Assembly (NCBI RefSeq): GCF_009834535.1
Contig: NC_045707.1
Location: forward strand, 19,282,001-19,346,000
Reading direction: 5' to 3'
Length of the DNA: 64,000 bases
DNA from: Camelus ferus
Lineage: Eukaryota
Made by a program: the position numbers and the translations under genes. This document shows, piece by piece, positions 37,941 through 51,663 of this stretch (position 1 is its first letter; each line of letters opens with the position of its first letter). The notes under the pieces were generated by a model. The model was not told where the DNA came from, searched no databases, and was given only the letters and a program-made list of their open reading frames with translations.

Positions 37941-38372
37941 TCAGATTTGTAGCTTATAAAACTATTAACTCTTTTGTTTGTGAAATTTGCATGCATTTCC
38001 ACATGATTTAATCAGAAATATTAATCAGAATAAATTTCCAGGAGGAGATGACAAATTTCTCTTAATGTTACTCCTTGAGTGATAAATGTTATAGTGAAAT
38101 TTATTTCCTTAACTGAACACTTCAGAGGGCCTTTCAGATTAGTCTATTTCAAATACTTGATATAAATTCAATATTTATTTGCAGTTTGTTCAAACTGTTT
38201 TTGATTTGTCAACCTTATCTTTCTCTGTATTGAAGTATCTTTGGATTACTTTGGAGAAAAGAGAGAGTTCACTCAGAGTATTGATCCCTCGTGAAAAATT
38301 AAGGTAATATGGCATGCTGGGATAGTTCAAGCCTAGAGAAATTGTTATAAAAGAAGATTCAGGTAAAAAAAA

Positions 38373-38830
38373 GATTCAATTAACATATATTTATAGTATC
38401 CTAAGTATGTGCTAGTCACTTTCATAAGTCTTAAGAGATACAGCATTAAGAAAATCCTTCACTTAGTGGAGCTTATATTTTAGTGAGGATGACAGACAAT
38501 AAACACATAAGGAAATAAAGAAATCACAGAATTTAGGAGTGATGTGAACAATAAAAAAGTTTACCCTGTATAAAACACCAAGCAAGTTAAGGTGTTAGGC
38601 AGTGACTGAGTGGGGGCTATCTTGTGTCGTGGGGTCTGGGACACTTCCTGAGGCATTCCCACTTCTGAGATCTGAATGTCATGAGAGAGAAAGGACAGTG
38701 CAGAAAAATGGAACAGCAGGTGCAGAGGCTTTGAGTTGGCAAGGTGCTTGGGTGACGAAGAAATAGCAAGATATACACCCAGAGCAAATGAATCTGAAAA
38801 ATAGTAATAGATAAATTCTAAGAGCAGTGG
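38373..38830 (-). mobile_element. L2 3' fragment
   Basis: attcaattaacatatatttat...gagatacagc...gtggagcttatattttagtg matches antisense L2. Confidence 0.6.
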
Positions 38831-38981
38831 AAACATACAGAAGGCGTGGCAGGGGATTGTAACCTGCTCTGCTCCACCACAGGACTGCCTTTTTCTTCCT
38901 CTTCCTCGCGAATGTGACCCATCTTTGTTGGGAGAGAAAGCCAGGCTATTCTTGAGTGTTTTGAAGCAAACAAATTCTGAC

Positions 38982-39093
38982 GGCCCAGGGAGGATTTCCC
39001 AGTGGGTCCTAAAGCTTTATATACTCCGTTTCAGCCACAAAAGGAGCTGGATTTGGAACTAAGGCAGAACTGATTCCCCTGCTTGAGGTAGGA
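38982..39093 (+). promoter_or_regulatory. Candidate promoter and first exon of the OR at 40880
   Basis: O/E-like GGCCCAGGGA (38982) and TTCCCAGTGGG (38996), TTTATATA at about 39016, donor gag|GTAGGA at 39088. Confidence 0.35.
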
Positions 39094-40879
39094 GAGGGCT
39101 GGCGATCGCTGCAGTTAACTAAAGATGGTGTAGTCTCATTATTGCCTTGTTTGTCTACCTTTCATGTTTGCTTGCTGACATAACTGCACATGCATTCTTT
39201 TTAATAAAACTTTGATAGACTTGAACAAATACAGGTAAATATCTCAAAACATTACATTTTAGCAGTGAAATGTATGTTCAAGTACAAAATATTACACTAT
39301 TCTCAGAATTAAAGTGGTAAAATAAATCAAATCATGTCTTTTTCCCCTGTTTTTCCACTATGCCCATTCCTACTTTTCATGTATTTAATTTTCTTAAATT
39401 TCCTCTTAAATGTAATCTATAACAATACTCTATAAATAAATAGATATTTGTTAAAGCTTTGGGTCCACCACAGAAGGATACAGAGGTCAAACAGACGAAA
39501 GGGCAATTTTGCCAGGAAGATTTACTGTATGGTAGAATTACGTCTGGAAAATTTGAGGGTTCAGATCTCTTAATCTTATAACTTTAGCCAATTGGCACTT
39601 TTATAGAAAATTGTCCCTTGTTAAATACCTCTATATTAACATATTTATAAAATATTAAAAGAAAATTCTGAGGAACTGTATGCATAAATTCAATTGGAGT
39701 TTCTATTTGCATAAAAGCTCTATAGCATTTAGTAAAACAGGTCTGAATATAAAGAGAAATCAAAAATATATTTTGCATTGAAATTTTTACCAAATCTGTA
39801 AAATTTTCTTTTAAAAAGATATAAAGAAAAATAGAGCCTATTATTGTAAGCTGTTGATTAATTTTAAAGTTGAATGAATTAAAGCACACTAGATATAACT
39901 ATAAAATAATTTAACTTTATGATCCCGTGCTACATGAAGGTAATTTTTTATAAAGAAGAAAAGAAACAATTTTGTTAATTGTGAGTGTCAGATAAAATTG
40001 TATGGAGAGCTGAGCTTGGATTTACGTCTTAAGGAACTGTAATAGGTTGATGGGCAGATCCTGCATGCAGCAAGAAACACGATCAGTGAGGTTTTTTTTT
40101 TTACTTAATATTTTACCGCAGATGGGTTAATCCATATATTTATGTTAAATGGTGATCTCATTTACTGAGCCCTTTTCATGACACAGAAACTGTAAATAAC
40201 ACGAATTCCAAACACTTTAAGGATTAAGAAAAAACTATCCAGGTTTTGAGCTTCAGTAAGTGCACAGAATTATTATTCAAAATGAGAAAATTGAAATAAA
40301 CAAAAATAAAAACACAAAGCAGAACAAAACAAAACAATCAAGTTCAATTTTATTCCTAGAGTTCATACCTTGGATTATTTGTATTTGTTGGCTGATAAAC
40401 TGAGAGTTAAAAGGCTAATGTAAGAAATTCCAAATAAAGCCTGCTATCTAAACGTTTCTTCAGATTCATCTATGCATGTGACAGGAGACAATAATTTATA
40501 AAGTCAAACTAGAATAGAAAGAATAAGAGGGAAAACATAAACAAGTGGGGAAACATGAGAAATAAATATTGATATAATTTAAAAGAAACAGTTGAAAATG
40601 TCCCTAAGAAGCAGGACCTTTGTTATTTATGAATTAAGATAGGGGAATGTGTAAATTTTTCCACCAAAAGAAATGTCTGTAAATCAACTATACTTCAATA
40701 ATAATAATAAAAAAGGTTATGTCCTTTGAAAAATGAGGGATAGAGGAAGATTCTGATTTTACATTTTACTTCTAATTCTTTTGACCTTCATCTTCTATTT
40801 CAATAAAAAACTGGAACCGTTTGTTTTATACCAACCTTTATCATTATTACTATTTTCTCCCTTTTGTGTGAAGTTAATG

Positions 40880-41818
40880 ATGGGAAACCAAACATCAGTG
40901 ATAGAGTTCATTCTTCTCGGGTTGACAAGTGACCCCAAGCTTCAAGCTGTGCTTTTTCTTTTTCTGCTGTTAACTTACATGTTAAGTATCGCGGGAAACT
41001 TGACTATCATCACACTGACCCTGCTGGATTATCGCCTTCAGACCCCTATGTATTTCTTCCTCCGGAATTTCTCTGTCTTGGAAATATCTTTTACTTCTGT
41101 CTTTGTTCCCAAAATGTTAGTCAACATTGGAACTGGAGACAAGACTATCTCCTTTGCTGGTTGTTTCACTCAGTACTTTTTTGCCATCCTTCTGGGAGCA
41201 ACCGAATTTTACCTGTTAGCTGCCATGTCCTACGATCGCTACGTTGCCATTTGCAAACCCCTACATTACACAACTATCATGAGCAGAAGACCCTGCATTC
41301 TCCTTGTCCTGTGTTCCTGGTTCTCTGGTTTTCTGGTTGTCACTGTGCCGCATGTGATGACTCTCCAGCTGCCGTTCTGCACCTCCAACGTCATCAATCA
41401 TTATTGATGTGACTACACAGTACTGGTGCATCTGTCCTGTTCAGACACACATTTCATAGAAGTGATGGAGTTTGTCCTTGCTTCGGTGACCCTCATCTTC
41501 ACCTTGACGCTCGTGATTCTTTCCTACACCTACATTATCAGGACAATTCTGAGAATCCCTTCTGTTCAGCAGAGAAAAAAAGCTTTTTCTACATGTTCCT
41601 CTCACATGATCGTGGTCTCACTTTCTTATGGAAGCTGTATCTTCATGTATATAAATCCCTCTGTGAAGAATGCAGTGACTTTTAACAAGGGAGTGGCTGT
41701 TTTAAATACCTCAGTTGCCCCTCTGTTGAACCCTTTCATCTACACACTAAGGAACAAGCAAGTGAAAATAGCCTTCAAAGATATGGTCAGTAAGATAACG
41801 ACTTTTTCCAAAAATTGA
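40880..41818 (+). pseudogene. OR6C-subfamily pseudogene (OR6C4-like) with one in-frame TGA
   Basis: MGNQTS...SNVINHY*CDY.... TGA at 41405-41407; the downstream track ORF (41426) is in the same frame and ends KITTFSKN*. Confidence 0.92.
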
Positions 41819-44699
41819 AACTATCTGAGGTTCATTATTAAAACAAATAATAAATGTTGGGAGGCTGTAGGTGCACATTGTTGTAATTTTAAAATATTTT
41901 CTATATTATATTACTAATATTCCTATCCAAACCCTGAAACAGTAAAACTACTTATTTAATTTAGCTGATTTTTTCATCATTTTACTGTTCTTAAAAATTT
42001 AGAGGTCTCTGTGTGTGTGTGTTTGTTCTCTAAAGCTTGCGTGCTTTTTTCCTCATATGTACCTCACTTTTAAAGAAAAGATTAAGGAAAGTCAGAATTG
42101 GGAATATTACTTTTAATAGTTTGTTTTTTACAACCCGAGTTTTTCTTATCTTGTCCATTGCCACATAGTCTTCCATCTCTATTCTTGTAACTGAATTATT
42201 AAATACATACACCAAAGAAATTTATTCTAGCTTGTTAATGATAGCTTAAGTAATATATTAGAGAACTGGTATAAAGTTGGTTATTTTCAGATTTTATAAT
42301 GTTCAGACTTAAACTTAGTCTTTTTACAAGGATTATTTATATGAGAACCTAGGCATGCACAGTGTTTGAGGTAAGACATTTCTAAAGAAGAGAAAATTAA
42401 TATATGTTGGTTTCACCATTGATGGGGAAATGCTTAATGATGGTTTACGCACAGATTAAGCTCTTTAAATGAACCCATGAAAGAGGCAGAGAGGAATGTT
42501 TCAAATATAAGCTAATTAGAAGTATGTTATTATTAAGCAAATATCATATAATTTAGTGTTGTGCATAGTCATTGTTCTGGTTCTCATTTACAAGAGTATA
42601 AAATAAAACTATGTTAACATTATCTATGGTAGTAATGATTTTATAGCCTTAACTCATATTCTTTCTAAATTTTATTAGAGGTTTAATGTTTAGTATCATT
42701 AGCCAATAAATATGGATGCAAATTCTTGTTTTTCAGAGAATTGAATGACTAAATATTCCACTAGGAGAATATTCACAGAGTTGGTATTAATATTTCTATT
42801 TGACCCCAGAACTTTGATGTTTTCAAAGCAGTGAAAGTTTGTCCCAATCTACTAGTCTTTTATTTTTTAATGATTATTGGTAGGAAATCTTTTCCAAATC
42901 TTTGTTTATTAAATGTTATTCACATGCATATATATAGTTCCCTTAAGCATTATGTTTTTAAATAAGGATTTCCCAAGATAAAATTAGTTCTTTACATAAA
43001 TTTGCTTAACGTTGGTTAAGGATTAAGTTGTTTTCTTTAACTGGACATAATTTTTCTAGTAAGCAAAAAGACCCACTATCTAAACTTCCAAAAATCCCCG
43101 GACTCCTTATTTATTTGTGTGGTGAAAATCCATATAGTCCTCGGTTTAATTACTGTGTTGAATGAGAGGCTGCTCTTTTTGAGCTACTAGCTGCCCGGTT
43201 TCAACCCAGACTGCCATCAGAGGGTGGGGATCCACCATCTGTGATCCTAAGGATTGCTCTCCACCTACTTAATGAAAAGAACATATTATTTGCTCATTAC
43301 AGTTCTAGATTATTTATCTATATTATACTTAATATAACCTTTAATCATCAAATTGTTCAAATCATACATTTCTTGAGACTTCAGGAAGTTACTGAACTGA
43401 TGTGTCTTGGGATAGGAAACATTTCTTATATGATAACCTTTTCTAGCAGTAGACAAAACTTCATTATCAATGTGAATCAAATATTTAAATCTAGTATAAT
43501 GGAACAGAAGAAAAGGTTATATCTCACTCAATTCCTCTTAGCAAGTAGGAGAAATAATAACTTGGTGAAAATACCACTATATGAGTATCATTTATTAGAT
43601 ATAGTTAAAAACAATTTATTTTGCTCCCAGCTAATCTAGGTTGAAAGTGATATTTATAAAGTATTACATATCTAGTATGTGAATTTAGAAAATTGGCAGA
43701 ACTGAGAAAATTGTTATTGCACATTTTGTCAAACTTCGATAATTTTCTCATTAAATTTTAAATCTTATTCATTAATAATTAAATCTGATAAATTTTAAAA
43801 TTTATTCTTACATCTTAGAGCCTTTTTCTAAAGTGGTGATATTTGTTCTAACAAAATACTGACTTTATTCTTAAATATATGTCATCCAATAAAAATGTGA
43901 TGTTAACAAGAGGAGACTTGATAGCATTATAGTTACAAGGTTATGGCCATCTCTGTGCTGGTTCAAAAAAAATTTAGATTAACTTCATATAAGTAAAACA
44001 TCCCTTCTTTCATTATAGCCTGTTACCATTTCAGCACTCCTACTGTCAAAAAATCCATAACCCATAACTTGTGGCTGTGGCATTTTCAGATATTGCATGA
44101 GTGAAGGTTTTTTTGTCAAAGTTTGCACTTGGACATTTTACCTTAATTTCTTTTGTGAAATTTCAGGATTTATGGCACCCATTAACATTTAAAAGTTTCT
44201 CAGTGAATCAGTGATTCCAGGTTTAGAACATCAGTAGTTGAAATAAATAGTAAAATTCTTAAAGATAATTTTCTAATTGGGAGAAGATAAATGTGGAGCA
44301 TTCTATCCATAAGTCAATAAAAGAGAATTGTGGCATCTCTCAGTTAACAATATTTTATCAGTTGACAAACACTTAAAATCTTTGCCTATAAAACAGAAGC
44401 ATAGTTAAGGCTTTAAAAACTGAACTGAGATTTGAAACATCACTCTTATAAGGTGAGGGGGAATTTATAGTTTTGAAGCCCAAATGGTTTAATTGCTAAA
44501 TTAAAATATCTTCAGAGGAATCGTATCCTACATTACATAATATTTATAATGTGGAGGATACAGTCTGAAATTCCCAATATATAAAACCAAGGGAACAAGT
44601 GACTCCTTCACAAGGGAAAAGAAAACTGGTAGACATCAATCCTGAGATGGCTACAATGCTACAGCTAATTGTAAAGGATTTACAGGAGTATATAGAACT

Positions 44700-44860
44700 A
44701 TGCTCAGTTAATGAATAAACTTCAGCAGAAAAATGCAAAGTAAAAAAAGGAACAAAATTTTAAAAGTTTGTAAGTGAAAAATATATCTGAAAAAAAATCA
44801 TTTATGGATATAAAAGCAGATGGCAATGATGGAGAAAAGAGTCAGTGAACTCCAGAAAAT
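44700..44860 (+). mobile_element. Old L1 ORF1 fragment
   Basis: atggcaatgatggagaaaagagtcagtgaactc is ORF1 coiled-coil-type text. Confidence 0.45.
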
Positions 44861-44864
44861 CCTA

Positions 44865-46178
44865 AGGGGGAGTGGCTAAGGCGGCAAAGTAGGAAGACCC
44901 TGAGCTCACCTCCTCCCATGGATATACTAGAATAACAACAATTTACAGAGCATCTGTTGGTGAAAATGACCTGAAGACTAGCAGAAAAGACTTTCCACAA
45001 AGAAAGATACAAAGAAGCAACCACAACAAGATGGGTAGGAGGGGCAGAGACAGGTAGAGTGAAGACCCACACTCCCAGGTAAATGACACACAAAAGGGAG
45101 ATTAATCAAATTGCAGAGATTCTCCTGGAGGAGCAAGGGGTCAGAGCCCCACTTTAAGCTCCTCAGCTTGGAAGTCCTGCACTGAGAGGACAAGACCCAG
45201 AATGTCTGGCACTTATATGGGCAATTAATTTACCTTAAGGTTGTCAAGAATATACAATTGGGGAAAGACAGTGGTGTTGGGAAAACTGAGAAGCTACATG
45301 TAAAAAAATCAAATTAAACAACTCTCTCTCACCATGCACAAAAATAAATTTAAAATGAATTAAAGACTTAAATATAAGACCTGAAACAATAAAACTTCTG
45401 GAAAAAACCTAGGCGTTGGTCTTCATTGACATTGGTCTTAGCAATATTTATTTGGATATTTCTCCTAAGGTGAAGTATACAAAAGCAAAAATAAACATTG
45501 AACTAAAAAAGCTTTTGTACAGTGAAGGAAACTATCAACTGAAAGAAAAGGGTCACCTACTGAATTGAAGAAGTTTATTGCAAACAATATATTTGATAAG
45601 GGGTTGTATCCAAAATATACAAAGAACTCATACAACTCAACATTAAAAAATAAACAACCCATTATAATATGGGCAGAGGAACTGAATAGACATTTTACCA
45701 AAGAAGACAACCAGATGGCCAGCGGGCACATGAAAAGGTGGTCAACATCACTAATTAATCAGGGAAATGCAAATCAAAACCACAGTGAGATAGTCTCACA
45801 CCTGGCAGAATGGCTATTATATTAAAACGCACACACACACACACACACACAAATTACAAGTGTGGCAAGGATGTGGAGGAAAGGGAAACCTTGTGCACTG
45901 TTGGCGGGATTGTATACTGGTGCAGCCACTATGGGAAACAGTATGCAGATTTCTCAAAAATGAAAAAAGAGCTGCCATATATGATCCAGCAATTCCACCC
46001 CTGGGTATCTATGCAGAGAGAAATAAAATACCAATCAGAAGATATATGAACCCTGTGTTCTTTGTGACATTACTATAGCCACAATATGGAAGCAACCTAA
46101 GTATCAATCAATAGATGATGGATTAAGAAGATGTGAGATAGATAGATAGATAGATACACACACATATACATACACATA

Positions 46179-46224
<46 letters not shown>

Positions 46225-46676
46225 GACTATTACTCAAACATGCAATAGAATGAAATCTTGCCATTTGTGACATGATCAAACCTAGACGGTATTATGCTAA
46301 GTGAAATAAGTCAGACTGAGAAAACTAAATAATATATGATTTTACTTATATTTGGAATCCTTAAAAATGAACAAATATAACTAAACAGAAACAGAGTCAC
46401 AGATACAGAGAACTGGTGATTGCTAGAGGGGAGGGAGTAAAGGTAGGGGAGAGAGAGTGAGGGGGATTAGTATGTACAAACTTTCAGTTACAAAATAAAT
46501 GAGTCATGGGTATAAAATATGCATGTGGGGTATATAGTCAATAATTATGTAATATCATTACATGGTGATAACTACAGATGATAACTAGAGTTTTCATGGT
46601 GATCATTTTGAAACATAGAAAAATCAAGTCAGCATGTTGTGTCCCAGGAACTAACACAGTGTTCTAGGTCAATGCA
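44865..46676 (+). mobile_element. L1 with 5' UTR start (44865-45210) joined directly to the ORF2 3' end and 3' UTR
   Basis: ggaagaccctgagctcacctcctccc matches the recalled laurasiatherian L1 5' terminus. After 45211 the text aligns with the ORF2 end seen at 36835. Confidence 0.75.
46136..46222. repeat. (GATA)n/(CA)n compound microsatellite; a further (CA)n at 45830-45851
   Basis: Directly visible, inside L1. Confidence 0.95.
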
Positions 46677-46851
46677 NNNNNNNNNNNNNNNNNNNNNNNN
46701 NNNNNNNNNNNNNNNNNNNNNNNNNNNNNNNNNNNNNNNNNNNNNNNNNNNNNNNNNNNNNNNNNNNNNNNNNNNNNNNNNNNNNNNNNNNNNNNNNNNN
46801 NNNNNNNNNNNNNNNNNNNNNNNNNNNNNNNNNNNNNNNNNNNNNNNNNNN

Positions 46852-47250
46852 TATCATTCTAAGTGAAGTAAGCCAGAAAGAGAAAGAAAAATACCGTATG
46901 AGATCGCTCATATGTGAAATCTACAAAAAAAAAAGAAAGAAAAGAAAAAGACAAATGAACATAAATACAAAACAGAAACAGACTCATAGACATAGAATAC
47001 AAACTTGTGGTTGCCAGGGGGAAGGGAGTGGGAAGGGACAGACTGGGAGTTCAAAATATGTAGATACTGACAGGTATATATACCATAGATAAACAAGATT
47101 ATACTGTATAGCACAGGGAAATATATACAAGATCTTGTGGTAGCTCATGGTGAAAAAGAATGCAACAATGAGTATATGAAAAGTTGTACTCTACACTGGA
47201 AATTGACACAAAATTGTAAACTGACTATAACTCAATAAAATAAAAAACAA
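46852..47250 (+). mobile_element. Younger artiodactyl-type L1 3' end
   Basis: atcattctaagtgaagtaagccagaaagagaaag...aaactgactataactcaataaaa followed by an A-rich tail. Confidence 0.85.
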
Positions 47251-47254
47251 ACAA

Positions 47255-47625
47255 ACAAATTCATTAAAAAAAAAAAGATCAGGTTTGTGGTTATCTGAGG
47301 TGGGGGTTAGGGAAGGTGGGGCTAGATGAAGATAATTAAAAGGTACAAACTTCTAGCTATAAGATAAATAAGTACCAAGGATGTAATGTACAATATGAAT
47401 AAACTTAACACTGCTTTATATTAATATGAAACTTGTTAATAGAGTAAATCCTAAGACTTCTTATACCAAGGGAAAAAAAATCTGTTTCTTTAATCTTTAT
47501 GAGATGATGGATGTTCACTAAAGTTATTGTGGAAGTCATTTCATGATACATGTAAGTCAAGTCATTATGTTGTACATATTAAACTTATATAGTGCTGTCA
47601 ATTATATCTCAATAAAACTAGAAAA
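47255..47625 (+). mobile_element. Older L1 3' UTR end
   Basis: aggtacaaacttctagctataagataaataag...tcaattatatctcaataaaactagaaaaaa. Confidence 0.8.
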
Positions 47626-49844
47626 AAGAAAAGATTTCTGTCTAGTACTCATCTTTATGAGAGAATTCCAATATTTGTATATATGCAAATGAATGCATAA
47701 AAATGGACTTAGCATTGTAACCAATGATGTGAAATTGGTAGCAACCTAATTCCCTAAATCTTAATCAATAATGAAATTACCAAGTTATAAACAAGTCTCC
47801 GTGGGCATTCTGTGCAATCATTATAAAAGGATGAGTTCCATCTAGATAACACGACAAGGAATAATATCCAATACGTATTGTTAACTGAAAAAAAAAAGGA
47901 AAATTGTAAAATATTTTCTGAAGTAAAGTTGTATTAGTGTGAAGAAAAGAATGTATCTCTGAGTCTGTGACTGTGACTGTGTTTATGGCTGAATATATAG
48001 AAAACGTATCTGGTAGAACATACTTTAAAAGTTTAACACTGTTTAATTTTAAGCTTTGAGGGCCAAGAAAGTATCAGTTAGAAACACAGGGTCATTCCAT
48101 ATGTCACTATGTGCTATTGATCTGATATTTAATTCTCTGACATTTGATTCTCATAACATTAAGCATATATAACTACTAAAATTAAAAACTAAATTTGTAA
48201 GTACTTTTCTGATTTTTAAAGATATTAAAATGCTGTTTTTATTCATTCATTCTGCTTTGTGCTGCTGGAAAAGTGTAAATGAATAAAACAAGAGCACTAC
48301 CCTTGATGAAGGGTCCACTTTGGTGTAGCTCAGACCTGTGTTTAACCAACCCCGAAGGAATTGAGAATCATCTCCCGAGTGTAGACTGAGTACCATGTGC
48401 ATATTAGAGAAATTAAGTACAATCAAAGGGAAACCAGGTTGCTGGTATAAGCTGGTTGGTGCACTTTTGCTTTTATCTCGCTCTACTGATTAGCTCCTGG
48501 AAAGGTATCTGTCATGACATCACTACATCTCTTGAGCTTATTTCTCCTTGCACCTTCCTCTCTTCACTCTGGTCTCAGATTTATACAGTGACCAGAGAAA
48601 GAAAAATTAGCTTTGGGTAACATTCAATCTTCATCTTGTCCAGCCAGCTTTGAAATGTTTACCTTCCAGTCATTAAGCAGTATTTCCTGAAACTTTTCTT
48701 AAAGAACTCTCAGGATTACAAGAGTAGTTTCCTAAAGTTAAGGTCAGAACAATGTTTATGTTCATATGGCAAGATAAAAGAAATAAAGAGAAATTCTTTA
48801 ACTTGTAGCAGATGTTATTTTTAAAAAATGCATGAAATCAAGCCTGTTTTTCTCCACGTGAGAGGCTTTTATGCGGTAGACAGAGGCAAGGATGAGCTAA
48901 TGACAAAAAAGTCTCCTGCAGTGTAATATGAACGCATTATATCTCATTTTTTAAGTAAATTAAGAGAAATCTGGGATTTTCTGACTGGAATCGTTAGATG
49001 TATCAGAAAGTAAGTATACTTCCTATTTTTCAATGTGTACTTTTATCTTTTTTTCCACTCAAAAGTTTATTTTGTTGAAATAAATTTCAGGGACCATCAA
49101 ATTATCACTTTAACAAATTCATTGTTACTAATTTTGCATTTTAATCATTTAGTCATTGTTCAAACAAAGCAACAGTTTCTGCCTTTTGGTCTGCTAATTT
49201 TGCTAACAAATTATAACAAAAACATATTTATTCCTAAAGGAACAGAATGCCGACTTCCAGAAAAAAATTAAATAAAAGGAGAGAGGGAGGAAAAGGGCAC
49301 AATACAACCTTTGATACTTATCACCTGCTGGCTGGTCTAGGTCATACTATAGAGAGAAAATAATACAGTATTATTAAGAGCTTACACACATTTAAAATTC
49401 TGGTTGCTAAGAATGAAGAGAGATCAAGACAGATGAAAAGCCATATGGATTACATTTTAACAATTTTGGTTTCTATACAGTAAATCTTACAGAGAATTTT
49501 AGTTATTCTGATTATTTAGTCTCCCAGGAAGAAGGCAATGGGATATTTCGGCACTAAAAAACTCCCTTGAGGTCCATCTTGGTGTCAGACAAATTTAGTA
49601 GTAAAAAGACAGAGTGAATATAGTTTAAAAAAAGGTTTGATTGTTAATTTAAATAAGCATCATAAAAATTACATAAATGTATCATGGATCAGCATGTTAC
49701 AGAAATATATTATTGATATGGCTCTGTGTGAGCATTAATATCTCTGGTTTCTGCTATCTTCCCATAATTTAAGTAACTTTACTCTTGTTTACAAGCAAGG
49801 CATTTCTTTCTGTCAGTTGTATTTAAAAGAATATATATTAAGAA

Positions 49845-50195
49845 AAAATATAAATGAGGAATCTAAAAAAAGACAAATGAACTTATTTACAAAACAGAAA
49901 CAGACTCAGACATAGAAAACAAACTTATGGTTACCAGAAAGGGAGAAGGGGTGGGAAGGGATAAATTGGGAGTTCGAGATTTACAGGTACTAACTACTAT
50001 ATATAAAGAACAAGTTTATACTGTATAGCACAGGGAACTATATTCGGTATCTTACAGTAACCTATAATGAAAAAGAATATGAAAACAAACATATGTGTGT
50101 ATATGTATGACTGAACAACTATGCTGTACACCAGAAATTGACACAACACTGTAAACTGACTATACTTCAATAAAAATGAAATAAAATAATCTTCA
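49845..50195 (+). mobile_element. 5'-truncated artiodactyl-type L1 3' end
   Basis: Closely similar to 46920-47240 (gacaaatgaac...gcacaggga...aaattgacaca...ctgactata). Confidence 0.88.
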
Positions 50196-50724
50196 AAAAA
50201 AGAAAAAAATAATCATAGTTATCATTAAGCTCAGGGATTGTGATTAGGGTCAGTCTCCACCAAAGTCTTGTAAGACAATAAAGTTTGTAAAAGGCATTAG
50301 AATTAAAATTCAAAATTAGATATTTCAATCCTATAACCACAACACCCTGGAAACTGGAAAAAAATCAATATCTAAACTATGGACATAACTAATACATATT
50401 GCTATAGAAACATATAATTAAGAGATGTTTGCTCATATAGAAAGTTTAGTTACATACAAAGATTCTACATAAAGTCACCAATGAGGGAAATTTTAACATA
50501 GACCTGTGACTGCATATTCCTTTTTAATAAACAGTGTATAAAATATTCTGCTTTAACAGGAGTGGATACTGCCAAAAAAATCTTACACAGAAAAAGTTCT
50601 AGTGCTTCATTTCACTGGAGTAAATAATACCAATAGTTAAATCTTCAATTCCTTTACTATTCATGTATTCTCTCTTTTTGTTTTGTTTTTCATGAATAGA
50701 TTTGACCTGAAGAAAAAAATCAGT

Positions 50725-51663
50725 ATGAGAAACCACACAGTGATTACAGAGTTTGTACTCTTGGGCATATCAGACAACCCAGAGCTTCAGGTTGTAATTT
50801 TTATCTTTTTATTTCTGGCTTATGTATTAAGTGTGGCTGGAAACCTCACCATCATCATCCTTACTTTATCAGACTGTCATCTAAAGACTCCTATGTATTA
50901 CTTCCTTCGGAACTTCTCCTTCTTAGAAATTACATTCACCAGTGTTTCGATCCCCAGGTTTTTGGGGGCAATCATTACTAAAGTCAAGACCATTTCCTTT
51001 AACAATTGTTTAGCTCAGTTATTTTTCTTCATCTCCATGGGTGTGTCTGAATTTTTTCTCCTAACTGCCATGTCTTATGATCGTTATGTTGCCATCTGCA
51101 AACCTCTCCATTACACCACCATCATGAACAAGAAAATCTGTACCCTGCTCATCTTCAGTTCGTGGCTAGGAGGATTTCTTACCATCTTCCCACTACTCAT
51201 GCTTATTCTCCAGTTAGATTTCTGTGCTTCCAATGTAATTGATCACTTCTCTTGTGACTATTTCCCCATTTTACAACTCTCATGCTCAGATACGTGGTTT
51301 TTAGAGACGACCGGCTTTTACTTTGCTTTTGTGACTCTGCTCTTCACTTTGTCCTTAGTGATTCTGTCCTATGTGTGCATAATTAGCACCATTCTGAGAA
51401 TCCCGTCTGCCAGTCAGAGGAAAAAGGCTTTCTCCACGTGTTCCTCTCACATGATTGTCATTTCCATCTCTTATGGAAGTTGTATATTCATGTATGTCAA
51501 GCCTTCAGCAAAAGAAAGAGCTTCACTGACCAAAGGAGTAGCTATTCTTAACACTTCAATTGCCCCCATGTTAAACCCTTTTATTTACACTCTGAGGAAC
51601 CAGCAAGTAAAACAAGCTTTCAAAAACTTGGTTTATAAAGTAATGTTTTCTAGAAATGAATAA
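50725..51663 (+). CDS. OR6C3: OR6C3-like olfactory receptor, intact 312 aa
   Basis: [10 protein letters not shown]...PRFLGAIIT...[15 protein letters not shown]...[14 protein letters not shown]; closest recalled human paralog is OR6C3. One-to-one orthology is not established. The upstream TTG/ATG in the track lie before the acceptor aatag. Confidence 0.88.
   Translation: MRNHTVITEFVLLGISDNPELQVVIFIFLFLAYVLSVAGNLTIIILTLSDCHLKTPMYYFLRNFSFLEITFTSVSIPRFLGAIITKVKTISFNNCLAQLFFFISMGVSEFFLLTAMSYDRYVAICKPLHYTTIMNKKICTLLIFSSWLGGFLTIFPLLMLILQLDFCASNVIDHFSCDYFPILQLSCSDTWFLETTGFYFAFVTLLFTLSLVILSYVCIISTILRIPSASQRKKAFSTCSSHMIVISISYGSCIFMYVKPSAKERASLTKGVAILNTSIAPMLNPFIYTLRNQQVKQAFKNLVYKVMFSRNE

Noticed and set aside
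43211-43226. Second CTCF-like sequence (ctgccatcagaggg)
   Set aside because: Three mismatches to the core consensus.
24186-46851. Five similar-sized N runs (136-175 nt) as possible hidden elements
   Set aside because: At least one gap matches the length of L1 sequence missing at that point, consistent with short-read assembly gaps in repeats.
37915-47295. The L1 ending at about 37940 and the L1 piece starting at about 47255 look like two halves of one split element
   Set aside because: They overlap by about 35 bp with mismatches, and the subfamily recurs at 63130; independent copies are simpler.
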